A stretch of 64,000 bases of DNA from Steroidobacteraceae bacterium (GTDB lineage: Bacteria; Pseudomonadota; Gammaproteobacteria; Steroidobacterales; Steroidobacteraceae), in assembly GCA_049584935.1 (NCBI GenBank), contig JBAUYT010000090.1, positions 147 through 64,146 of the forward strand. The letters are read 5' to 3'. A program made the position numbers and the translations under genes. Shown one piece after another: positions 36,621 through 44,861 of this stretch. Below the pieces are notes generated by a model. It did no database searches, was not told the origin of the DNA, and was given only the letters and a program-made list of their open reading frames with translations. Each line of letters begins with the position of its first letter. Within the stretch, counting starts at the first letter, position 1.

Positions 36621-37813
36621 ATATTCATCCCCTGGCGAGCGCACTGGCACCGGATCTGACCGCCTGGCGCCGCGCGCTGCACGCCCATCCGGAACTCGGG
36701 TTCGAGGAGCGGTGGACTTCGGATTTCGTGGCCGAGAAGCTCTCCGGCTGGGGCATCCCGATCCAACGCGGCCTCGCGGGCACAGGCGTGGTGGCTACTT
36801 TGAACGGTCGGGGCCATGCGAGCTGCGCCATCGGGCTGCGGGCCGATCTGGACGCACTGCCGATCCAGGAACTCAACGAATTTGCGCATGCCTCGCAACA
36901 TCCGGGGCGCATGCACGCATGCGGTCACGATGGGCATACCGCGATGTTATTGGGCGCCGCCTATTGTCTGGCCCGCGATCCCAGCTTCTCCGGTACCGTT
37001 CATTTCATCTTTCAGCCGGGGGAGGAGGGCTGCGGCGGCGCCGAGCGCATGGTCAAGGAAGGTTTGTTCGAGCAAAACCCGTGTAACGCAGTGTACGGCC
37101 TGCACAACTGGCCGGCGCTCAAATTTGGAATGATGGGATTGCGCGTCGGACCGCTGCTGGCCTCAATGGACCTGATAGAGATTCTCGTCCGGGGCCGGGG
37201 CGGCCACGGCGCCCTGCCCCACACGACCATCGACCCCATCGTGACCTCAGCGCACATCGTGACAGCCTTGCAGACCCTGGTCAGCCGCTCCACCAAGCCG
37301 ACCGATGCGGCCGTTGTAAGCATCACCTGCATACAGGGAGGCACGGCGCATAACGTCATCCCTGAAACCGTTCGCATGCTCGGCACCGTCCGCAGTTTCA
37401 CGCCAAGCGTCCGCAATGCGCTGGAAGCGGGCATCAGACAGATCGCGGAAGGTGTGGCTCGCAGTTTCGGCGCATCTGCGACCGTGCAATACACCCGTCT
37501 GGCCTCCGCCGTGGTGAATTCGGCTGACGAAGCACGCCTGGCGGCGAGTGCAGCTGCCGCGGTGCTTGGGGCAGATCAGGTGCTGGACCCGATGGAACTG
37601 GTAATGGGATCCGAAGATTTCTCGTTCCTGGTTGCAGACCGCCCCGGTGCCTATGTGTTCCTGGGCCAGGCCGACGCTCCGAATCCGAGCATGATCCACA
37701 ACGCGACCTATGACTTCGACGACAAGCTGCTGCCGATCGGCGTCAGCTACTGGATCAAACTGGTCGAGCAGGCGCTGCCGTTGTCTTCCCGCCAGCGGCC
37801 GATCGCGCCGTGA
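36617..37813 (+). CDS. M20D-family amidohydrolase (N-acyl-amino acid / hippurate hydrolase-like)
   Basis: Contains LHAHPELGFEE, LRADLDALPI, MHACGHDGH and FQPGEEG. ATGA overlap with P4. Confidence 0.88.
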   Translation: MNIHPLASALAPDLTAWRRALHAHPELGFEERWTSDFVAEKLSGWGIPIQRGLAGTGVVATLNGRGHASCAIGLRADLDALPIQELNEFAHASQHPGRMHACGHDGHTAMLLGAAYCLARDPSFSGTVHFIFQPGEEGCGGAERMVKEGLFEQNPCNAVYGLHNWPALKFGMMGLRVGPLLASMDLIEILVRGRGGHGALPHTTIDPIVTSAHIVTALQTLVSRSTKPTDAAVVSITCIQGGTAHNVIPETVRMLGTVRSFTPSVRNALEAGIRQIAEGVARSFGASATVQYTRLASAVVNSADEARLAASAAAAVLGADQVLDPMELVMGSEDFSFLVADRPGAYVFLGQADAPNPSMIHNATYDFDDKLLPIGVSYWIKLVEQALPLSSRQRPIAP

Positions 37814-38898
37814 CCGGTTCCGTTCAGAGCCCCGCCGGCAGCCTCGCCTTCAGCGGCGCGGTGGGTGTGACGGTACCGGCCACGCAGGTCCTCTGGTATG
37901 ACCGACTGCTCGATCCGGCGCGCTTCCCTTCGGAAGGCTATTGGGCTTTCTGCCGCTTCGAAAGCGACGCCATTCCAGCCGTGCGGTTGGGCTTTCAGCG
38001 CGGCGGTTTCAACGCGGGGCCGAAACCGTGCAAGCTCAATCCCTCCTATCTGCAGCTGCATCTGGAAGTGATGACGCGCGAGGGTGCGCTGCTGTGGCTG
38101 CCGTCCGGGGTTTATCCGGCCGAACGGGTGGAGTCGGCACCCACCGCATTCAATATCCGGCTCGCAGACACCGACCATGAGATCTTCGAATTCAGTGGCT
38201 GGCCGCAAATCCAGTGCCGGTTCCGTTCCGAGGACCGGTATCTCGAAGTGGATCTGGGCTTCGATCTGGGCAGCGTGACGGTGCTACCCGACGGCATCCT
38301 GCCGCATTGCGTGTTCGCCATGTTCGAGTCCATGGGCAATGTCCAGGGTACCATTCGTTCAGGCGGGCAAGTCACTGCCGTGCGCGGCAAGGCCTTCGTC
38401 GATCACACACGGATCATCGAGCAGCGAAACCCCGTCGTCGCACGACAGATGTCGTTGTATACGACCCTGTACTTCGAGGATGGCAGCGGCCTGTATGGCT
38501 ATTACGCCGTCGATGCAAACGATCGACCGATTGCAGAGTACTGCTTCGGGGTCTTTCTGAATCCGGACGGACAAGGTCGATTTTTCGCCGACGCGACTTT
38601 AACGCAGCTGGCCCTGGATGAGGACCGCATCGCCAAAAGCTGGCGACTGCGGTATCGAATGGATGACGGCGCCGTCGAGATAGCGATCACTGTCAGGCCG
38701 CAGCCGATCCTGCGGTGTTGGGGATCGCCCACGGCACCTCAACGACGCGACCAATTCAGCATTTTGCCGCTGGTCCTGGACAGCCTCGCGCAATTTGTCG
38801 GCGCCGATGGCACCAACAGAACACTGCGAGGCATCGGCCTGTCCGAGTATTACGACCGGGAACTGTGGCCGATCGATCCGCTGGCGCGCCTGGATTGA
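37810..38898 (+). CDS. Hypothetical protein, no recognisable motif
   Basis: 362-aa ORF with codon usage like its neighbours. Its GTG start overlaps the M20 stop (GTGA), so it is probably translationally coupled. I cannot assign a family by eye. Confidence 0.6.
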   Translation: MTGSVQSPAGSLAFSGAVGVTVPATQVLWYDRLLDPARFPSEGYWAFCRFESDAIPAVRLGFQRGGFNAGPKPCKLNPSYLQLHLEVMTREGALLWLPSGVYPAERVESAPTAFNIRLADTDHEIFEFSGWPQIQCRFRSEDRYLEVDLGFDLGSVTVLPDGILPHCVFAMFESMGNVQGTIRSGGQVTAVRGKAFVDHTRIIEQRNPVVARQMSLYTTLYFEDGSGLYGYYAVDANDRPIAEYCFGVFLNPDGQGRFFADATLTQLALDEDRIAKSWRLRYRMDDGAVEIAITVRPQPILRCWGSPTAPQRRDQFSILPLVLDSLAQFVGADGTNRTLRGIGLSEYYDRELWPIDPLARLD

Positions 38899-38928
38899 GA
38901 CCTGCGCCGGTGCATCGCACCGCTCGCC

Positions 38929-39759
38929 TCAGGCAAAACTCTTGATGCCGCTGCCCTCGAGCAACAGCCCCGCGGCCCGGTCGGTGATCGATCGATGCAG
39001 GGCTACGAATTCGGGTTCAAAGTCGGACGCCGGGCGTGGTTCGTGCTCGAAGCGGCAGACTGCATCGCGGCCCCGAACCAGGGTGGCACTGTCCTTTCCA
39101 TGCAGCTGGTATACCGAACTCGGCAGATAGCGAATCGCGAACCCGATTCTGCGCGCCGGCGACCTGTTCGGCGGTGAGCCATGAATCAGCCGGAGATGAT
39201 GCAGCGACATTTCGCCAGGCTGCAGTTCGAGCGTAACCGCCTGGCGCGAGTCAACGGCTACCTCCACCTCCTGGCCTCGAATCAGCAGGTTATCCCTCGA
39301 GGGCCGGTCCGTGTGCGGTATCTGATCGAGCAAATGGGTGCCGGGAATGACCTGCATGGCGCCACTCTCAGCCGTGCTGGCCGACAGAGCCACCCAGGCA
39401 GTGACGGACTCCGGCTTCGATAATCCCCAGTAGGTGGAATCCTGATGCCAGGACACGAAGGCCGGATCATTCGCTTCCTTGATGAAAAAATTGGTGGTCC
39501 AGCAAAGCAGATCAACACCGTACAGGTCCTCCACCGCATCCAGGATTCTCTGCTCGCGGATCAGATCGTTCAGCCAGCTGAAAAGCAGGTGGCTCTTGTG
39601 TCGCTGCACGCCGTGGAGCGGTCTGCCGCTGGTAGTCTCGAATCTCTCCAGGCGCGCTCGCAGCTCGGCCGCCTGCTCTGCGCCAATAACCCTGATGGGT
39701 GCGATAAAGCCCGATTGCTGGAATTGCGCGATTTGTTCCGCTGTCAACAACTTGCGCAT
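38929..39759 (-). CDS. Phytanoyl-CoA dioxygenase (PhyH) family Fe(II)/2-oxoglutarate oxygenase
   Basis: The N-terminus LTAEQIAQFQQSGFI, the WHQDSTYW (HxD) block and the distal His in LHHLRLIHGSPPN, then R.G... are typical of PhyH-family proteins. Confidence 0.8.
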   Translation of the reverse strand: MRKLLTAEQIAQFQQSGFIAPIRVIGAEQAAELRARLERFETTSGRPLHGVQRHKSHLLFSWLNDLIREQRILDAVEDLYGVDLLCWTTNFFIKEANDPAFVSWHQDSTYWGLSKPESVTAWVALSASTAESGAMQVIPGTHLLDQIPHTDRPSRDNLLIRGQEVEVAVDSRQAVTLELQPGEMSLHHLRLIHGSPPNRSPARRIGFAIRYLPSSVYQLHGKDSATLVRGRDAVCRFEHEPRPASDFEPEFVALHRSITDRAAGLLLEGSGIKSFA

Positions 39760-39797
39760 ACGCGGCTCTCATCACTGCACGGCGCCCGACTATATAA

Positions 39798-39809
39798 TGT
39801 AACGTCACA
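39798..39809. promoter_or_regulatory. Class-A operator candidate TGTAACGTCACA (1 mismatch), abutting a TATAAT box
   Basis: Lies in the 83-bp divergent region between the PhyH and NHL genes. TATAAT at 39793..39798 shares its final T with the first base of the site. Confidence 0.5.
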
Positions 39810-39842
39810 CCAAACAATTGGATCGGCAGACAGAGCACGGCC

Positions 39843-40811
39843 ATGGCGCAACTCGGCACTCAGCCATTCTGCTACGTCGTCGAGCCGGACTGGGGGCGGC
39901 TGCCGGACGGCCTGATCGTGGGTGATGTTGCCGGAATAGCGATCGACGGCAACGACAACGTCTATATATTCAATCGCGGCGACCATCCAATGATCGTGCT
40001 CGACCGGCACGGATCGATCATTCGTACCTGGGGCGAGGGAGTCTTCACCCGCCCACATGGCGTTCACGTCGGCCACGATGGCTACGTCTACTGCACCGAT
40101 GATGGCGACCATACGGTACGCAAGTTCACGGTCACGGGTGTTGCATTGTTGCAAATTGGCATTGTCCGGCAGGCTGCCACGGCAATGAGTGGAAATCCGT
40201 TCAACCGCTGCACGCACACGGCACTGGCTCCTGGTGGAGAAATTTATATAAGTGACGGTTATGGCAACGCACACGTTCACCTCTATTCAGCCGATGGCCG
40301 GCATCTGCGTACCTGGGGTGGCGGTGGATCTGAACCCGGTCAATTCAATCTCCCGCACAACATCTGCTGTGACGAGGACGGCTGGGTCTATGTCGCCGAT
40401 CGGGAGAACAACCGCGTGCAGATCTTCGACGGTCGCGGACAATTCGAGACCCAATGGACCGGACTGCGCCGTCCCTGCGCCATGTGCATCGAGCCACGCC
40501 GGCGAGGCAACCTGTACATCGGTGAGCTGGCTGTCTTCTGCCCGCTCGAGCTGCTGCCAGTGGATGAGGGACCCCGCCTCAGCGTCATTGCACGAGATGG
40601 ACACATAGAAGCCAGGCTCGGAGGCCGCGGACCTGGCCTGTCACCTACGGAGTTGTTCGCGCCACACGGCATTGCCGTGGACTCTCTCGGCAATATCTTT
40701 CTCGGTGAGGTCATTGCAGCCACCTGGGGGCATTATTTTCCAGGTCGGTCCCTGCCCGCCAAAATAAAGGCCTTTCGCAAACTGACCAGAGTGTCCGCCA
40801 CATCATTTTGA
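39843..40811 (+). CDS. NHL-repeat beta-propeller protein, peptidyl-alpha-hydroxyglycine alpha-amidating lyase (PAL)-like
   Basis: It has repeated units: GIAIDGNDNVYIFNRG.H, PHGVHVGHDGYVYCTDDGDHTVRKF, ISDGYGNAHVHLY, and PHNICCDEDGWVYVADRENNRVQIF. This resembles the PAL/NHL six-blade pattern. Confidence 0.65.
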   Translation: MAQLGTQPFCYVVEPDWGRLPDGLIVGDVAGIAIDGNDNVYIFNRGDHPMIVLDRHGSIIRTWGEGVFTRPHGVHVGHDGYVYCTDDGDHTVRKFTVTGVALLQIGIVRQAATAMSGNPFNRCTHTALAPGGEIYISDGYGNAHVHLYSADGRHLRTWGGGGSEPGQFNLPHNICCDEDGWVYVADRENNRVQIFDGRGQFETQWTGLRRPCAMCIEPRRRGNLYIGELAVFCPLELLPVDEGPRLSVIARDGHIEARLGGRGPGLSPTELFAPHGIAVDSLGNIFLGEVIAATWGHYFPGRSLPAKIKAFRKLTRVSATSF

Positions 40812-40868
40812 GGCCATCGTCCGCGCCCAAATGAGCAGCCCCGCAGCCAGCCGCGGAGGTTTGCGTCT

Positions 40869-40880
40869 TGTAACGTTACA
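40869..40880. promoter_or_regulatory. Class-A operator candidate, perfect palindrome TGTAACGTTACA
   Basis: Lies 107 bp upstream of the hydantoinase A ATG at 40987. Confidence 0.6.
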
Positions 40881-40986
40881 CGCTATGGTATCTGTACCAC
40901 CTTCGTCGCACAGGCAGCATCGGGTATTGCTCCTGCGCTGTACTCCTGTGGGCAGCAAACGATTTGGCAATGGTGCAGGTTAGCCT

Positions 40987-43071
40987 ATGAGAATCGGCAT
41001 TGATGTCGGTGGAACCTTTACCGACATCGTCGCCATCGCGGACGACGGCGAAGTGGCGATCAGAAAAGTGCCATCCACGGTGGATGACTACAGCCGCGCA
41101 ATTGCCGAGGCGTTGCCGCTGCTGTTCGCAGGGCAAAAGTGCACCGGCCGGTCCGTTCGCGAGGTGCTGCACGCCACCACTGTGGCGACCAACGCCATAC
41201 TTCAGCACGTCGGCGCCAGGACCGCATTGATTACCACCCGGGGATTCCGCGATGTGCTCGAGCTGCGGCGCATGCGGATGCCAGAAATGTACAACTGGAA
41301 CTGGGACAAACCATCGGATCTGATCGAAAGGCACCTGCGCTTTGAAGTCACCGAGCGTATCGATGCGCGCGGACAAGTGGCTGTGGCTCTGGACCAGGCA
41401 GAACTCGCGGCGATCATCGAACGACTGACCGCTGCAAAGGTCGAATCGATAGCCGTATGTCTGCTGAACTCGTATGTCAATTCGGCGCACGAGCGCATGG
41501 TGGCGCAGGCGCTGGCAGAGGCACTGCCGGGAGTGGCGATTTCGATTTCGAGCGAGATTCTGCGGGAGGTAAAGGAATACGAACGTACCGCAACGGTCGT
41601 GGTCAATGCCTACGTACTGCCACTGGTTAAGCGCTACATCGATGGGCTCGCGAGCTCGCTGAGCACCATCGACATAGCAGCGCCGCTGATGATCATGCAA
41701 TCCAACGGCGGCATGATGACGGCTGGAGCGTGTGCGACGCGGCCCGCCTATATGATCGAGTCCGGTCCCGCGGCGGGCGTGATTGCCGCGCACGCCGTGG
41801 CGCTCGCGGAAAATGTGCCCGATATGATCACATTCGACATGGGCGGGACCACGGCAAAGGCCTCCATTATCGAAAATGGTCAAATGAGCAGCGCCTCCGA
41901 ATACGAGGTGGGGTCCTCCCTTTCCGCAATCAGCCGACTGATCAAGGGCGGCGGTCATCTCATCCGCGTGCCGGCGATCGATATCGCAGAGGTGGGTGCC
42001 GGCGGCGGCAGTGTCGTCTGGTTGGATGCGGGCGGTGCCATGCAAATCGGGCCCATGAGCGCCGGAGCGTCACCCGGACCGGTCTGCTACGGCATCGGGG
42101 GAACACGTGTTACCACTACGGATGCCAATCTGGTTCTGGGATACATCAATCCAGCGGGACTCGCGGGCGGCGGCCTGATGGTCAATCGCACCGCCGCTCA
42201 GGATGCCATCCGATCATTGGTGGCACAGCCATTTGACATGAGTGTCGAAGATGCCGCCTATGGCATCCATCTGCTCGCAAATTCGAACATGATGCGCGCG
42301 GTGCGCAGTGTCTCGACCGAACGGGGACGGGATGTACGAAAGTTTTCGCTGCTGGCCTTCGGGGGCAACGGCCCCGTCCACGGCTGCCAGCTGGCCCGGT
42401 CCCTGGGGATGAGGGAAGTTATCGTACCCGCCCACCCCGGACTATTCAGCGCCATGGGTTTGCTGTCAGCCAAGGTCGAACATCACACCGTTGCGACATT
42501 CTTCCATCAGACTCGCCAGCTGAGCCTGGAGGCGCTGAATGCCGCCTATGAAACGCTCCAAACTGAAGTCATGGACCTGCTCAGGCGCGAAGGATTTTCC
42601 GACCGGAACATTAGAGTTACGCGGTTGGCCGACGTACGTTATGCGGGTCAGTCCTTCGAGCTGACGGTGCCGGTGCCAGCGGGTGAACTCGACACAGAGG
42701 CTGTACGAGCCATCGAGCGCGCCTTTGCGGCGGAGCATAAGCGCACCTACGGACATCACGGCGGCGACGGCGAGGCCTACGCGCTGACGAATTTGCGGGT
42801 TATTGGCGCGGTAGCGGCTGGACGTGAGGGATTGCGAGCCCGCAAGTCCACCAGCGACGGCCGCCGCCGTGGCAGCCGTAGCGCATATTTTGGCGACACT
42901 TCAGGTTGGATCGAAACGCCGGTCATAGGCCGCGGCGACCTGTCGGCGAACGTCGCCCACGGACCGCTGCTGATCGACGAGTACGATTCCACGACGGTCA
43001 TACCACCACACTGCACCGCGCGCCTGGATTCCCTGAATAATGTTCGCATCAATATTCAAGGCCGGTCATGA
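40987..43071 (+). CDS. hyuA: Hydantoinase/oxoprolinase A-type subunit (HyuA family, ATP-dependent)
   Basis: MRIGIDVGGTFTDIV..., the internal DMGGTTAK block and a size of about 690 aa are characteristic of the family. Confidence 0.9.
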   Translation: MRIGIDVGGTFTDIVAIADDGEVAIRKVPSTVDDYSRAIAEALPLLFAGQKCTGRSVREVLHATTVATNAILQHVGARTALITTRGFRDVLELRRMRMPEMYNWNWDKPSDLIERHLRFEVTERIDARGQVAVALDQAELAAIIERLTAAKVESIAVCLLNSYVNSAHERMVAQALAEALPGVAISISSEILREVKEYERTATVVVNAYVLPLVKRYIDGLASSLSTIDIAAPLMIMQSNGGMMTAGACATRPAYMIESGPAAGVIAAHAVALAENVPDMITFDMGGTTAKASIIENGQMSSASEYEVGSSLSAISRLIKGGGHLIRVPAIDIAEVGAGGGSVVWLDAGGAMQIGPMSAGASPGPVCYGIGGTRVTTTDANLVLGYINPAGLAGGGLMVNRTAAQDAIRSLVAQPFDMSVEDAAYGIHLLANSNMMRAVRSVSTERGRDVRKFSLLAFGGNGPVHGCQLARSLGMREVIVPAHPGLFSAMGLLSAKVEHHTVATFFHQTRQLSLEALNAAYETLQTEVMDLLRREGFSDRNIRVTRLADVRYAGQSFELTVPVPAGELDTEAVRAIERAFAAEHKRTYGHHGGDGEAYALTNLRVIGAVAAGREGLRARKSTSDGRRRGSRSAYFGDTSGWIETPVIGRGDLSANVAHGPLLIDEYDSTTVIPPHCTARLDSLNNVRINIQGRS

Positions 43072-44861
43072 GTCCTGCGCAACGAGGCCCCGTTGATCCA
43101 ATCACGCTGGGTTTGATTCGCAACTTTCTCAGTAGCGTCGCCGATGAAATGGCGAACACCATTATTCGTACGGCATATTCGACCATCGTGCGTGACTGCA
43201 TGGACTTCTCCACCGGCCTGTGCGATCGACACGGCAATACCGTTGCCCAGGGACTGACCATACCGTTCCAGCTCGGCGGCATTCCATTTGCACTGGAAGC
43301 GACGCTGCGCAAATACCGCGGCAATATTCATCCCGGCGATATCTTCATAATCAACGACCCGTTCGAAGGCGGAATTCACATTCCAGACGTGTTTCTGTTC
43401 GAGCCGGTGTTCTATCAGTCACAGTTGATAGGCTTCTCCGCGGTCGTCTCGCACCATCTCGACTTGGGGGGTCGCGTACCGGGCAGTGTAGCCTGTGACA
43501 ATACCGAGATATTTCATGACGGCTTGAGGATTCCGCCACTGAAGCTCTATGAGCGGGGCGTCCCGTGCGAAGCCCTATTCGGCATAATTGAAAAGAACAT
43601 CCGGATTCCGGTCATGACTTTGGGGGATATTCGCTCTAATCTGGCCGCCTGCCGCACCGGCGCCAGGGGGCTGGTAGAGCTGGCCGAGCAATACGGCCTA
43701 CCGACCCTGGAGACTTACTTTGACGAGTTGCTGAACTACACCGAACGTCTGGCCAGAGCCGAGATCCGTGCGTGGCCCGACGGCGACTACCACTTTACCG
43801 ACTACCTCGACAATGACGGCGTCGATCCGGAGCCGATTCCGTTATCGGTCAAGCTCACCATTGATGACGATTCCATCGCCATAGACTTCGAAGGCACCTC
43901 GCCGCAGGTGCGAGGCGGAATCAACAGCCCCTGGGCATATACGGTGTCATGCTGTGCCTACGCGGTACGCAGTGTCATGCGAGCAGACATCCCTAATACG
44001 TCTGGATTATTGCGACCGCTGAAGGTCATCGCAGCAGAGGGTCTTATCGTAAACCCAAGGATGCCGGCGGCTTCGGGCATGCGAGGTATCGTTGGTTTTC
44101 GGTTGGCGGATGCATTATTGGGGGCTCTGGCTCAAGCACTGCCCGATAAGGTGCCGGCCGCTGGCGAAGGAGGCAATTCGCTCGTGATCATCGGCGGTAG
44201 CAAGCCGGGCGGGTCGGAGCGCTTCATCATGTTCGACATGGTATGTGGTACCTGGGGCGCAAGGCCGAGTAAGGATGGCAACGACGGACTGACGAACCCA
44301 GGATCGGTGATTTCAAATATCCCAACGGAACTGATGGAGCTTGACTATCCGATCCGTCTCAACCGGTATTCGCTGGAAAATGATTCGGGGGGAGCAGGAA
44401 AGTATCGGGGCGGTCTGGGAGTGACGCGCGAATGGGTCTATCTTGGGGACGGTCCGGCGAGCTTGAGTGTCAGAACGGACCGCCGCGATTTTCCACCCTA
44501 CGGCCTGGCGGGCGGTGGCAAGGGCGCAGCTTCGAGCCTGATCGTGAATCCGGGGACCGCACGGGAGCGCATCCTCGACACCAAGGTCACGACCACGCTT
44601 CAACCCGGCGACGTGCTGCGCCACACGCAGGCGGGCGGCGGCGGCTGGGGCGATCCGCGCGAGCGCGACACCGCAGCCGTGATACGCGATGTGCTCAATG
44701 AGAAGGTCTCGATCGAGAAGGCGCGAGAACTCTACGGCGTAGTCATCGATCGCGATACGATGCATGTAAACGTGGCGGCGACGCTCGCCTGTCGGCAGCA
44801 AGAACATGCGCCAGCAGCCGGCCTGGCCGGCGCGACGCAGACGGAGAGACACGATGGCTGA
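43068..44861 (+). CDS. hyuB: Hydantoinase/oxoprolinase B-type subunit (HyuB family)
   Basis: Contains DPITLGLIRNFLSSVADEMANTIIRTAYSTIVRD, FIINDPFEGGIHIPD and GGGGWGDP. ATGA overlap with hyuA. Confidence 0.9.
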   Translation: MSPAQRGPVDPITLGLIRNFLSSVADEMANTIIRTAYSTIVRDCMDFSTGLCDRHGNTVAQGLTIPFQLGGIPFALEATLRKYRGNIHPGDIFIINDPFEGGIHIPDVFLFEPVFYQSQLIGFSAVVSHHLDLGGRVPGSVACDNTEIFHDGLRIPPLKLYERGVPCEALFGIIEKNIRIPVMTLGDIRSNLAACRTGARGLVELAEQYGLPTLETYFDELLNYTERLARAEIRAWPDGDYHFTDYLDNDGVDPEPIPLSVKLTIDDDSIAIDFEGTSPQVRGGINSPWAYTVSCCAYAVRSVMRADIPNTSGLLRPLKVIAAEGLIVNPRMPAASGMRGIVGFRLADALLGALAQALPDKVPAAGEGGNSLVIIGGSKPGGSERFIMFDMVCGTWGARPSKDGNDGLTNPGSVISNIPTELMELDYPIRLNRYSLENDSGGAGKYRGGLGVTREWVYLGDGPASLSVRTDRRDFPPYGLAGGGKGAASSLIVNPGTARERILDTKVTTTLQPGDVLRHTQAGGGGWGDPRERDTAAVIRDVLNEKVSIEKARELYGVVIDRDTMHVNVAATLACRQQEHAPAAGLAGATQTERHDG

